From: a virus
Taxonomy: Duplodnaviria > Caudoviricetes
Reading direction: 5' to 3' (one strand)
IMG/VR virus record: IMGVR_UViG_3300039004_000023
Location: 1 to 27,362 of that record
DNA length: 27,362 nt
The translations under genes were made by a program, and so were the position numbers. Below the pieces are notes generated by a model. The model did not search any database. It saw nothing but the letters and a program-made list of their open reading frames with translations, and was not told where the DNA came from. The first letter of the stretch is position 1; every line of letters begins with the position of its first letter. Shown piece after piece: positions 1 to 9,214 of the stretch.

Positions 1-686
1 TCTAAAGCCTGCATTGGGTTTTGATCAATAATGCGAGTAGCTTTAGCAACAGCCAGGTTTTGTAAAGTGTCGTCCCTTAACTTCATTCCGCGTTGCGCAC
101 TGATAACACCACTACGCATAGAGTCCTGAATAATTTCATCTATACGCTCAGCATAATGATTCATATTCGCTAAATCATCACTGTATGCCTGCTCACTAAG
201 TTTAGTGACTGAATCCTCCATTGATGCCACAGAAAAGTCTATATGCTGCCTACGGGCCTCTCCTTGCGCTACAATAGCTTTATTGCCTAAGAAACGACCA
301 AACTCTATTTCAAATCGTTGTTTAGTTTCAGGGTCAAATATACCTCTAAGTATATTATCTTTAATCGATGCGCCAGCTTGGTTGACTTCACCTACTAATG
401 TGCCATAGGTAGGGTTCCCATTTTCATCAAATGGTTGCCTTAGTCTATCGTTATAGAATTTGTTTAACTGTTCAGTACCCGCTGCTAAGGATTTTGCATA
501 TTCTGCATTTTGGAATGATGCGTGCGCAGCGTCGAAAAATTCCTGACCAAGGGATTGGATTAAACTGCCAGCGCTAGCTGTAGTCCTACCGATCAGGTTA
601 GCAGCAGTAGCGCTACCTGGGTTTAACTGTTTACCAGCCGAGCCAGATATCTTTGATTCTGTGGCAGGTCTAAATATTTTTGGCAT
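1..686 (-). CDS. Internal virion (ejection) protein, 3'-truncated by window edge
   Basis: Not in ORF track. ATG at 686 overlaps the upstream stop (TAATG). Frame MPKIFRPATESKISGSAGKQLNPGSATAANLIGR... stays open to the window edge. Helical Ala/Gln-rich; position after nozzle and gp14-like gene matches T7 gp15-like genes. Confidence 0.7.
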   Translation of the reverse strand, partial: MPKIFRPATESKISGSAGKQLNPGSATAANLIGRTTASAGSLIQSLGQEFFDAAHASFQNAEYAKSLAAGTEQLNKFYNDRLRQPFDENGNPTYGTLVGEVNQAGASIKDNILRGIFDPETKQRFEIEFGRFLGNKAIVAQGEARRQHIDFSVASMEDSVTKLSEQAYSDDLANMNHYAERIDEIIQDSMRSGVISAQRGMKLRDDTLQNLAVAKATRIIDQNPMQAL

Positions 687-1402
687 TATCTACCCTGCCC
701 TAGTGGACTACCAAACTGAGAGATGGCAGCTCGATTAGTTAATTGAGGGTGACCTTTGCTATTAGTAAATGTCGAAGGGCCATTAAAGAATGCTCCTAAG
801 CCATCTTTAAAAATCGCACCTATTGCATTACCAACAGTAGAAAGCCGGTCAGAAGTGCTATTAATAACTGTAGGTGCCTGATAACTTAATCGCCTTGCGT
901 TTTCAGCTTGTCTTTCTCTTGCTTCATAAGCACTTATTTGACCTCTGAATTCTGCGATTCTTGCTTGATTCTCAAAGTCAACTGAAGCGGTATTACCGGC
1001 ATGTATTAACGCTATCTGGCGCTGCCTGGTATTTGTGCGCATATCAATTGCTTGACGCTCAAATTCACTCAGGGTGTCGTGCATGACGCTAAGAAAACTA
1101 TCGCTACTACTAGAAATACCAGAGGCTGCCATAGATGATCGTTGACTCTCAACCACTCTGCGCAAATTACGACCAACCGATTCAAGATTTCTTTCAAGAG
1201 CAAATTGCTCCAGCTGCTGATTGTAATTAGCTGTAGATATAGCAGAATAACCGCGATTCCTATAAGCCTGGGCTTCCATGTTAGCGCCCATAACTTGTAA
1301 GTCAGCGCCTTGTGAAACCTGCCTAGCAGCATCTAAGCTAGTTAGTAAACTTCCAGCTTCCGGGAAGAATGCATTGATTAATGTTCTGCCTACGCTAGCC
1401 AT
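686..1402 (-). CDS. Internal virion protein (T7 gp14-like)
   Basis: 238 aa, Ala/Gln/Arg helical, 'QRSSMAASGISSSSDS' matches the 'Q.A..AASG' pattern of gp14-like proteins; directly after the nozzle gene. Confidence 0.65.
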   Translation of the reverse strand: MASVGRTLINAFFPEAGSLLTSLDAARQVSQGADLQVMGANMEAQAYRNRGYSAISTANYNQQLEQFALERNLESVGRNLRRVVESQRSSMAASGISSSSDSFLSVMHDTLSEFERQAIDMRTNTRQRQIALIHAGNTASVDFENQARIAEFRGQISAYEARERQAENARRLSYQAPTVINSTSDRLSTVGNAIGAIFKDGLGAFFNGPSTFTNSKGHPQLTNRAAISQFGSPLGQGR

Positions 1403-4071
1403 TATATTGTGTGTCCATCATACAACTGATATATACCCAGTAATTTAAGGGGTAATGGGTCAGAAGTTGTGATTGTTAAGCGGTTATCTCTGTCATCGGT
1501 TCTAATTGTATATTCAAGTTTGCCGGTATATAAAGGAATAATGGCACTTAATTTATAGTCAAGGTCAAAGGCGGGTATTGTTACCCCATTAACCTGTGGT
1601 ATGGCTGAGTCTTTAACAAGTAAAATAGATGACAGGTTTCTAGCACGACGCCCTATATGTAACCCTATACCGAAATCTATTGGCGGGTCTAATGTTTCGA
1701 TAGTAGTCGTATATGGTAACCCGGCAACAACTTTATAACCGTAATCATCTAGAGTAACCCTACCTTGGCTTACTGTTTTTTGGGCGTGCTTACCACCATC
1801 AACACGCAATGCAATAGCCTCACCTTCTAAATGACTTAAACCAGTTACAGTTAGCACTAGTTTATATGCATTGCCGCCACTGGTATAAGCAGTGTAACTT
1901 GTGCCGTCTATATCTGTGCCAGTTAAATCTTGAAGTTCAAATGTTGTTGATGTTTTATTATTAACCAAGAAAGTAGTATTTTCTACTTCCGTCATGCCAC
2001 CCACACCGATTAATTTAACTCTATCTCCATCACTAAATCCGTGAGCTGAGCTAGTTGTAACCACTGGTGGGTTAGCTGCTGTTATGCCTGATATCGCTTG
2101 CGGGTCATCTAATACTAACGAAGAATCACTGAATAAATCCGTATCTCCAGTACCGTCATCATCATCTAATAATTCTATTGTGCGTCTAGTATTGCCGTTT
2201 ATAGTTCGATTTACTACAACATAAACCTGATCATCACCAGCACTACCTATAACACCGACACGCTCAAAACTACCTTCCGTTGTCCATTTACACCAACCGA
2301 TCGCAGCCTGATCGCGCTTATACATACCGACAACTAAATCACCGCCACTCTCTATACCATAAATAATAGAGTCTGGGCGTTGTGCGAAAGCTAGTTCAGT
2401 AATCCCGGCATCAACTATATGCTCACTAGGAAATGTCAATTCCTCAGATATATAGTTATCTATATCAAAGTTGTAGCGGAATGAGTTAATAGTTAAACCA
2501 GAGGTTTGATAGAAGATAACTTCACTGCCAACAATAAGTGGTGCTTGCTGACTGGAGCCCAGATATGTTCGTGGTATCTGCCTAATATCTTTTGGTGTTA
2601 CAGAGGTATTCGAACTTCCCGAGTCGATAGTTGATTCACCAGCAGACGTACCAATTGATAAATCACGAGATGTTGCTAACCAGTTAATGTTATTAACACG
2701 ACCTGAGGATAAATCTACCGAAATAGCATCACCATCACCAGCGCCACGACCAAAACTAGTTAATAAACCTTGTTGACTCATCCATAGGGTTTGCGGAAAA
2801 TCACTGGTTCCACCAAATACTAGGCGCTCTTGGAATAAACCTACAGCTCTAGGCCAACCCTGTGTTGAGTCCCATGCCGGGTCTTCTAGTGTCCAGTTAC
2901 TCGTTTCATCAGTACTATCTAAAGATTTCCAAACAAAACCATTAATATCTGAAGCTGAATTATATTCAGTGACCTCAACAACACCGTTATGCATTAATAT
3001 AAATTTACCGACATCGGAAGTATTGAATGCATCGATCGCCGTAGTAGTACCGATATCATCGGCAGTTATATTAATGATTGAGCCTCGCGAAAAACCACTC
3101 GGGGTTAATTCTGCAATAGGGGAAAGGTCTAGCTTCCAGCTCTGTGACGGTATTGCGCTTGTGCTAGGGAAGTCTTCGATAATGTCGCACACTACTTCAT
3201 CGGAAGCAGTAATAGAAACAATAGATGCCCTACCCGCACCACTCAAGTTAATAATTTGTCGCCCAACATCGGCAGCCAGGAATGGGTTAGCATCTGTTGT
3301 AAACGTAACACCTAATCCTGTGGTTGCGCCAGGTGTTAAGGCGGCTAGTGGTTTATCTCCCAGCTCTTTAGTGGGTGGTGGTGTGAATTCGATAATTTCT
3401 ATAGACCAGTCACTATTAGTAGTACGCTCTAATACCCGGGGAGCATAACTAGGATGGGCTAAATATACCTTGTCACCAAATTGAGTATAAGTGATTTCAT
3501 CTAGATCAGATGTACCGTATGGCGAGGTTACTTCGTATATTTCGTTTACAGTTCCGCCGCTGCTGTATGAATCACCAGTAGTATCCTCATCATCTAGTGT
3601 AAAGGTTGTACCAGCAGTTACTGTAATAGTGAATGTACGGGTATTAAGATGACTGACAGTACCAACGATTCCAGTTAATACGACTTGATCGCCTGTGCTT
3701 AATCCATGGCTTCCTGATGTTGTAACGGTTGTGGTTGAGCCGGTACTGATCGAGCTAATAGTACTTGTGCTACCACTCAATACCTGACCAGAAGAAGTGT
3801 AGAACCGAATAATCTGATTACCGAATTCCATTAACACGGTATCAGTTTTGCTAAATTCAAATGGAATAAGTCTTGAGGATACTGAGTGATCTTTAACGGG
3901 TGATATTAGTTGTGTACCAGCTCTACGTAAAACAGGTCCATGCGCTGTAACGATGGCATTTGTTGCAGTCCGTAAACCTTTTTTGTATTGATCTATATCT
4001 TGTCTTGCGTATAGGCGTGGGGATAATTCCCCGGAAGAAAAGGAATGTTGTGGGTGTATCCGCTTAGGCAT
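1402..4071 (-). CDS. Tail nozzle (tail tubular protein B / stabilization protein) with two inserted E1-FCCH-like domains
   Basis: 889 aa. N-terminal 'SFSSGELSPRLYAR.D...Y', 'RRAGT', 'GWPRAVGLFQERLVFGG', 'GWCKWTTEG', 'GLSHLEGE', 'GLPYTT' are typical of podovirus nozzles. Confidence 0.85.
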   Translation of the reverse strand: MPKRIHPQHSFSSGELSPRLYARQDIDQYKKGLRTATNAIVTAHGPVLRRAGTQLISPVKDHSVSSRLIPFEFSKTDTVLMEFGNQIIRFYTSSGQVLSGSTSTISSISTGSTTTVTTSGSHGLSTGDQVVLTGIVGTVSHLNTRTFTITVTAGTTFTLDDEDTTGDSYSSGGTVNEIYEVTSPYGTSDLDEITYTQFGDKVYLAHPSYAPRVLERTTNSDWSIEIIEFTPPPTKELGDKPLAALTPGATTGLGVTFTTDANPFLAADVGRQIINLSGAGRASIVSITASDEVVCDIIEDFPSTSAIPSQSWKLDLSPIAELTPSGFSRGSIINITADDIGTTTAIDAFNTSDVGKFILMHNGVVEVTEYNSASDINGFVWKSLDSTDETSNWTLEDPAWDSTQGWPRAVGLFQERLVFGGTSDFPQTLWMSQQGLLTSFGRGAGDGDAISVDLSSGRVNNINWLATSRDLSIGTSAGESTIDSGSSNTSVTPKDIRQIPRTYLGSSQQAPLIVGSEVIFYQTSGLTINSFRYNFDIDNYISEELTFPSEHIVDAGITELAFAQRPDSIIYGIESGGDLVVGMYKRDQAAIGWCKWTTEGSFERVGVIGSAGDDQVYVVVNRTINGNTRRTIELLDDDDGTGDTDLFSDSSLVLDDPQAISGITAANPPVVTTSSAHGFSDGDRVKLIGVGGMTEVENTTFLVNNKTSTTFELQDLTGTDIDGTSYTAYTSGGNAYKLVLTVTGLSHLEGEAIALRVDGGKHAQKTVSQGRVTLDDYGYKVVAGLPYTTTIETLDPPIDFGIGLHIGRRARNLSSILLVKDSAIPQVNGVTIPAFDLDYKLSAIIPLYTGKLEYTIRTDDRDNRLTITTSDPLPLKLLGIYQLYDGHTI

Positions 4072-4646
4072 TACAACCTCACATTATCAGTTAGGTAATC
4101 CGAACTTAAATCTCTAGTTGAACCTTGAATATTGTCTCTGGCCATTGCGGTTGGCATTAATGAGAAGAACTCAGTACGTAGTCTGTTTGCCAGCGCATTA
4201 TCGCCTGTAATCTTATAAGATATTTTCCAAGCCAGATGGTGTGCAATAGTCATTTGCAGGAGCGGGCCAAGAATACCAATATTTGTCTCGCTGGCTACAT
4301 ATCTGATTTTAATAGTGGTTTGATTGGTAAATAGCTTGTCACCAGATATTTCCCAAGGAATATCTCCCTTCACATCATCATTCACTTCTAGAACGATAAG
4401 GCATAAAGGGTCTGTAGGTAATTGGAATTGGTAATCATAACCCCAGTCAGGGGTGGCTGTTGTCTGTGTCAAAGTGGCACGCTTAATAGTTGTCTGCCAG
4501 TTTCCCATGGCAATGGTTTGTTTAACCACGTCATTGAAAATAGCATTAACTATATTGGCGTTCTCTGTACCCTCTGTAAGGGAAGAGATTAAAGAAGCCC
4601 CTACCAAGGTAAGGGCTTGATTGGCTATCGCTGTTGAGCCAGACAC
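4071..4646 (-). CDS. Tail adaptor (tail tubular protein A, T7 gp11-like)
   Basis: 191 aa, 'IANQALTLVG...ISSL.E', 'W....KRATL', 'Y.YQFQLP.D' motifs; between capsid genes and nozzle. Confidence 0.8.
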   Translation of the reverse strand: MSGSTAIANQALTLVGASLISSLTEGTENANIVNAIFNDVVKQTIAMGNWQTTIKRATLTQTTATPDWGYDYQFQLPTDPLCLIVLEVNDDVKGDIPWEISGDKLFTNQTTIKIRYVASETNIGILGPLLQMTIAHHLAWKISYKITGDNALANRLRTEFFSLMPTAMARDNIQGSTRDLSSDYLTDNVRL

Positions 4647-4650
4647 TTAC

Positions 4651-5223
4651 TTAGCTTCCGTTGGTCCAGTACACACGAAGTGCAACGTCACCGGCAGCAG
4701 CAGTAGCAGCGGCAGCAGCACAAGTGATACCAACACGGAACACTGTATGAGGGTCTTCATCGTAACCGAGAAGTTCCCATAAAGCCTTGTTAGCATCATC
4801 AGGCCCAAACGTAGTTGCATCTAATGCTTGCTGGGTCCAAGAAGTAGTAGCAGCTTGTGGTGTAGTTGAACCATCAACGAATAAGTCAACATCTAGTTCG
4901 TCATCTTCATTATGTTTAGTTGCTGAGCCTGATGTGACATCAGTAAAATCAGCACCCGCCCATAAGCCGATGTCGAAAGTTAATGTTGGAGTACCATTAG
5001 AGTCTAAGTCGTCGTTATACAGATCAATCTGTAAAACCACGGCATTAGAAGGTAGAGTGATACCTGTAATTAAGTCATCACCAGCTTCTAGTTGATCAGG
5101 ACTAGCGGTATAAGCATGAATATCTTGACTCATACGTACAGTCGCATTAAGAAGCTTGGCATCAACTTTTGTGTTGCCTTGGATGTTAGTCAAGGCAGTA
5201 GTTTTACTAGTGGCAGCGGCCAT
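4651..5223 (-). CDS. Virion structural protein (putative capsid decoration/spike base)
   Basis: 190 aa, acidic, beta-rich, 'LPSNAVV...DLD....TL.FDIG'; strong RBS (AGGGAG); immediately after major capsid. Confidence 0.55.
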   Translation of the reverse strand: MAAATSKTTALTNIQGNTKVDAKLLNATVRMSQDIHAYTASPDQLEAGDDLITGITLPSNAVVLQIDLYNDDLDSNGTPTLTFDIGLWAGADFTDVTSGSATKHNEDDELDVDLFVDGSTTPQAATTSWTQQALDATTFGPDDANKALWELLGYDEDPHTVFRVGITCAAAAATAAAGDVALRVYWTNGS

Positions 5224-5239
5224 AATTATCTACTCCCTA

Positions 5240-6136
5240 TTATTGAACACATTGTACTTGAACGACTTTTTCCTCTTCGATGCGAGTAGCACCGCCGGTC
5301 ATCGAACAATATACTTGTGTTGCATAACGTTTATCAGCACGCTCAGTAATGCGAACTTCCACATCCTGACCTAATGCTAAGCCAATACCGCTGCGAGCGT
5401 AAGCTAAACACTTGATAGGGTTAGTATCAGTGGCATCAGCTACACCGTTTAGGCGGTTAACGATAACGAAATTAAAGCCCATGAAAGTATTCATGCGGCC
5501 GTTGGCAAGAACTTTGGCAGTGTTAGTATCAAAGTTCTGAATTTCGGTTTCGTTGAAGAGAGTTGCTTGAGCAGCTGCGTTAATAACGAAGAATAAATCT
5601 TCATTAATATCAACATCATTAGCTACTAAGATGCGGTGAGCTTCAATTACTTTCTCGACAATTAAGTCAGAGTCAGCAGTTGTGAAGTCTTCATCTACTA
5701 CTTGAGTAGAAGGTAAAGATACACTTGAAGTAGTACCGGCACCAATATCAGTAACTGAAGTTGCGTTACCGTCAGCGGCGTCTAAGATGAAGTCATCAAT
5801 GCTACGGCCTAAGGCCCAAGCGCCTGACATAGCGTAATCGCTTTCAGGGCTTTTAAGCATACGGATTTCATCTTGTTTATCGATCAGGTCAGCCCAGTCA
5901 AAGTCGTCCATTGTTACACGGCGTCTTGAATGAGCACTGTCGGTTAAGGGAGTATCGCTGTGGCGTACAGCGTTTTTAGTAGCGGTTGTCGCACCTAAGC
6001 GGTCAAAGTGAGCAGAGTTACCCACCACACGCTTAAATTTCACGGTACCCATTAAACGGGAACCACGTTGTTGAGACAAGTGGATTAGGTTATCACTAAA
6101 CTGCTGGACAAACGCCTTATCAATTTCGATAGACAT
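5240..6136 (-). CDS. Major capsid protein
   Basis: 298 aa, 'AFVQQFSDN...LSQQ.GSRL', 'HSRRRV', 'ADLIDKQD.IR.L..P', 'GATRIEEEKVV' are typical of this podovirus capsid family; follows scaffold. Confidence 0.9.
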   Translation of the reverse strand: MSIEIDKAFVQQFSDNLIHLSQQRGSRLMGTVKFKRVVGNSAHFDRLGATTATKNAVRHSDTPLTDSAHSRRRVTMDDFDWADLIDKQDEIRMLKSPESDYAMSGAWALGRSIDDFILDAADGNATSVTDIGAGTTSSVSLPSTQVVDEDFTTADSDLIVEKVIEAHRILVANDVDINEDLFFVINAAAQATLFNETEIQNFDTNTAKVLANGRMNTFMGFNFVIVNRLNGVADATDTNPIKCLAYARSGIGLALGQDVEVRITERADKRYATQVYCSMTGGATRIEEEKVVQVQCVQ

Positions 6137-6167
6137 AGTGTAACATCCTTTAATTAATAGTTAACTT

Positions 6168-6254
6168 ACTCTATCTTAAGTTATCCACTAACTGTGGGCT
6201 TGTGATTGAGTCCATCGCATGATTAAGGCGCTTTGCGTTATCTTAATTTGCGAT
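6168..6254 (-). ncRNA. Candidate cis-regulatory structured RNA in capsid 5' leader (two hairpins)
   Basis: Hairpin 1 (6254-6214): AUCGCA/UGCGAU, AUUAAG/CUUAAU, CGC-AAA-GCG. Hairpin 2 (6211-6168): ACUC/GAGU, AUC/GAU, AAG/CUU, CCAC-AGUUA-GUGG. Both carry a GAUAAC/GCC internal loop. Confidence 0.6.
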
Positions 6255-6268
6255 AAATTTTGCTAAGT

Positions 6269-7189
6269 TTATTCCTGATATGCTGATTTGTAAAGTTTTT
6301 CCATATATTTCACAGCATTAGGTTCAGATTTGTGGTATGGATGATCTGGGTTGCTTCGAATTTCCCCAATCCTTTGAAGAGCTTCCTCAGGCGTCATTCC
6401 ACCACTCATACTTCTGCCTATGTTAGGGTTAGTGCTATTTTCTTGTAGAACTTCCCATGACATACTAAGTGCTTTCGCAACAATTGGATTGTTACCAATA
6501 TCACTATTTATCAACTCTTCGTAAGCATCTCGGTATTTATCCCCGGCTAATTGTTCAGCTGCTGCTTTTGCGGCTTGTATTTTGTTTGGCAGTTGGTCAC
6601 CCCAATCACCTTGCAGTGCTTGGGCAGCCTGCTCACGTCTTTCCATAATGCGTTGCTGCTCTGCTTGTGTTTTTTGCAGATTAGTCTGCACCAAAGCATT
6701 AAATTGATTATGATTTAAGCCAGCTTGCCAGGCTGTTTCTGCATAGTTATGCAGTAATTCAGGGTCTAATGGCACACCCTCAGGGACATTTAATTGATAT
6801 TCATCTGGTGTCTGTGGACGGCCAAGCTCATTGTAGAATTTTCCCCATTCATCATCTGTTTGAGGTACTTTGATTACACCTGGCACCGTGTCTAGTTTTT
6901 GATAAAAGTCGTTAATCTGCTCATCACTAGCGTCACCAGTGGGGATACTCAAAGATTGGCTAATGTATTTTTGTGATTCAATATAGCTTTTCGCCATAGA
7001 ATCCAAATCTTTAAATTTCTGAATACTCGGGTCTTCTCTTAAATTTTCCGATAAAAGGCTTTTAAAATCAGTTGGTTGTGTTTCTTGTGGTGCTACTTTC
7101 CCCTCCATATACTCCTGGTGCTGTTGGTTTGGTTGATCGGTTGATTGTGGTTCGTCATAAGTCGTAGGCGCTGCACTCTGCTGAGTCAT
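6269..7189 (-). CDS. Capsid scaffolding protein
   Basis: 306 aa, acidic Gln-rich N-terminus, 'KFKD...MAKSY', 'FY..LGRP.TPD.Y', 'L...WG', C-terminal 'HPYH'; between portal and capsid. Confidence 0.8.
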   Translation of the reverse strand: MTQQSAAPTTYDEPQSTDQPNQQHQEYMEGKVAPQETQPTDFKSLLSENLREDPSIQKFKDLDSMAKSYIESQKYISQSLSIPTGDASDEQINDFYQKLDTVPGVIKVPQTDDEWGKFYNELGRPQTPDEYQLNVPEGVPLDPELLHNYAETAWQAGLNHNQFNALVQTNLQKTQAEQQRIMERREQAAQALQGDWGDQLPNKIQAAKAAAEQLAGDKYRDAYEELINSDIGNNPIVAKALSMSWEVLQENSTNPNIGRSMSGGMTPEEALQRIGEIRSNPDHPYHKSEPNAVKYMEKLYKSAYQE

Positions 7190-7430
7190 CGTTATCTACC
7201 TCTGGTTTCACTGTTTGGGTTATTTGGTTTTGTACACCGGAAATTCTTATTAAGTCATTAACTAAATCTGCCTTACCTATATTACAAAAGGTAATATCAG
7301 CTGTTTGGCCTAATAGTTTAGTTTCGACATAAGTCTCTTTGAGATACTGTAAAAGCTTTTTACCTTCATCCGTATCAAAAACTTTCTGGCAGCATTGCTC
7401 AAAATCGGACGCTCTTTTATTCAAGTCCAC
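7155..7430 (-). CDS. Small conserved protein between portal and scaffold (Bbp19-like)
   Basis: 91 aa, 'VF.TDEGKKLL..L' and 'T...N.G...LV' pattern plus position. Confidence 0.6.
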   Translation of the reverse strand: MDLNKRASDFEQCCQKVFDTDEGKKLLQYLKETYVETKLLGQTADITFCNIGKADLVNDLIRISGVQNQITQTVKPEVDNDDSAECSAYDL

Positions 7431-9069
7431 CTTCCCCTAAGTTTTTAGCTACTTCAGATATACCTTGCGCAGCTGCTAAACGCTGGGCTTCTTGTGCCTG
7501 CTGTGCTCTTTGCTGCCTGATTTGTTGGATTGTATCATTAGAATTAAGTGCTATTTCAGGAACACCTCTTATACTCTTGATATGTTTAACTATTCCATCA
7601 GCGTTAACTAGGTCCATTACCGACTCATTTGCTGTTAACTGAGCAATCATTGCAGCCTGCTCAACCCATTGTAGGGTATTTGAAACTTCCTCAAATTGTT
7701 GGGCGCGGGCAAGCTGGTTAACAACCTTGATCTCTATATCTACACCCTGCTCAAGAACAACATCAGGCGGCTGGGGTAATGCTCCAGCACGTAACATAAT
7801 CTTAAAGGAACGGACAAATAGAGGAGTTAAGAACTCATGATTCAAACGATTCATAATTGGGCCGAGCGCTTTTTGATGCTGCTCTAACCGTTGAATAATT
7901 TCAGTAGCAGACATCTCACCTGTTTCGGTACGAGGCGGTAAGAAGAGTTTATCTAGATAGAATAATGATTTAACTTCTTCACGCATCTCTTGCATATTGA
8001 GCTGACTAACATCATAACGGCCTTCACCAACAAACTGCTTAACGCCGGTTACATCACTTACAACACTCAGGCGCCCAGGCAACAGATTAAGATTTTGGAG
8101 CACAGCACTTTGATTAGCTAAGATAGGTGGGTCTACTACTTTGGCTAAACCACGTAAATGCAGGTCCTTGGTTTTATTAAGTGTTCGTATGGTGGGTAAG
8201 GCTAGATGCCCTGGTCCACGGCCATATACTTCACCTGGTAATTTAGACCAGCGTGGTGTGTAGATAGGGAATTCATAATAACCACCCTCCTCCATGATAT
8301 GACCACCCTTCTCCATTACCCAATAATAGATATATGGGCGGTTCATTGGTGGAGCTAAACCATCCTTATTCAGTTTAATCTTCTTAGGGCTGTTTGGCTT
8401 AATACACCAGTACACCACAAATTCATCATTAGGCTTGTGTTCTAACTTCTCTTTAACTTCACTTGGTATTTTATCAGGCCAGCGCTCAGCTAACTGTTGA
8501 GCGGTGAATTTACGTTTTCTGTACAGTGCATTGGTTTGCCCGAGTGAATCTTCTTCTATCGCACATTCACTTAAATGTATGCTTTCAAATCTAAAGCCCT
8601 GGAAGTCACCTGGTAATGAGCCTGGTTGAACGTCATGTAAAAATACAAACATGCCTAATGAGGTAAGGAATTTGAAAGATTTTCCTACCTCTTGGTCAAG
8701 GTTACTTTCGTTGAATTCTGTGTAAATAAGTTTAATGACTTCCTCAAGCCAGGCGAGCGCATCCTTATTGTTGGCAAGAACAGGGTTAGCGTAGGCTGGC
8801 AAGGCCCATTGTTGTAGTGGGCTCATAATAGTGCTATGCATAGTTGAAGCTAGGTCATCACTAGCCAGCATAGCAGTACTATCATATACACGATTAGTAC
8901 GGCGAGTGCCTTTGGATTCTTCTGAGAGGAAAATGCCTGATTGGTTGTTATGGATAAATTCGGCAAGTAAATCCCAAGTCGTCCTGGCGTTATTACGCTC
9001 AGTATGATTAAAGGCTAATTTTATACGGCGGATAATATCTTCACCGTTTCCACTTGTAACCACAGGCAT
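7417..9069 (-). CDS. Portal / head-tail connector (T7 gp8-like)
   Basis: 550 aa, 'YDSTA..A...LAS', 'EEGGY.EFP...PRW...PGEVYGRGPG..ALP', 'MSATEI..R.E....LGP...RL..EFL.PL'. Confidence 0.92.
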   Translation of the reverse strand: MPVVTSGNGEDIIRRIKLAFNHTERNNARTTWDLLAEFIHNNQSGIFLSEESKGTRRTNRVYDSTAMLASDDLASTMHSTIMSPLQQWALPAYANPVLANNKDALAWLEEVIKLIYTEFNESNLDQEVGKSFKFLTSLGMFVFLHDVQPGSLPGDFQGFRFESIHLSECAIEEDSLGQTNALYRKRKFTAQQLAERWPDKIPSEVKEKLEHKPNDEFVVYWCIKPNSPKKIKLNKDGLAPPMNRPYIYYWVMEKGGHIMEEGGYYEFPIYTPRWSKLPGEVYGRGPGHLALPTIRTLNKTKDLHLRGLAKVVDPPILANQSAVLQNLNLLPGRLSVVSDVTGVKQFVGEGRYDVSQLNMQEMREEVKSLFYLDKLFLPPRTETGEMSATEIIQRLEQHQKALGPIMNRLNHEFLTPLFVRSFKIMLRAGALPQPPDVVLEQGVDIEIKVVNQLARAQQFEEVSNTLQWVEQAAMIAQLTANESVMDLVNADGIVKHIKSIRGVPEIALNSNDTIQQIRQQRAQQAQEAQRLAAAQGISEVAKNLGEGGLE

Positions 9070-9070
9070 G

Positions 9071-9099
9071 TTGTCATCCTAATATGTTTTAGGTATATT
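9071..9099 (+). promoter_or_regulatory. Sigma70-type promoter, antisense to the late operon
   Basis: TTGTCA (9071-9076), 17 bp spacer, TATATT (9094-9099); 5/6 match in both boxes. Confidence 0.55.
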
Positions 9100-9104
9100 A
9101 ATGT

Positions 9105-9181
9105 CTATGGCTATTCTTATAGCTATCTCCTACATTGATTAGACTCAAATGTATTAAGCCCTCCATCAAGGGCTTTTTTTT
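9105..9181 (+). ncRNA. Candidate ~75-nt small RNA
   Basis: Bounded by the promoter above and the terminator below. Contains a GCUAU/AUAGC hairpin, an unpaired AUCUCCU tract and an ACAUU/AAUGU hairpin. Confidence 0.45.
9156..9181 (+). terminator. Rho-independent terminator, plus-strand orientation
   Basis: AAGCCCT-CCATCA-AGGGCTT followed by a T run. Confidence 0.7.
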
Positions 9182-9214
9182 ATTTCTCGTCATCTATCTC
9201 TTTATATCTAATAA

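Noticed and set aside
5223-5280. T7 10A/10B-like capsid frameshift fusion
   Set aside because: No canonical slippery heptamer, and both alternative frames hit stops before the next gene.
205-5374. ORFs 205-408, 1069-1332, 2969-3448, 4787-5095, 5092-5289, 5156-5374
   Set aside because: Antisense or off-frame shadows of well-supported structural genes; no motifs.
6181-6189. DnaA-box-like TTATCCACT
   Set aside because: One mismatch, isolated, and better explained as part of the capsid-leader hairpin.
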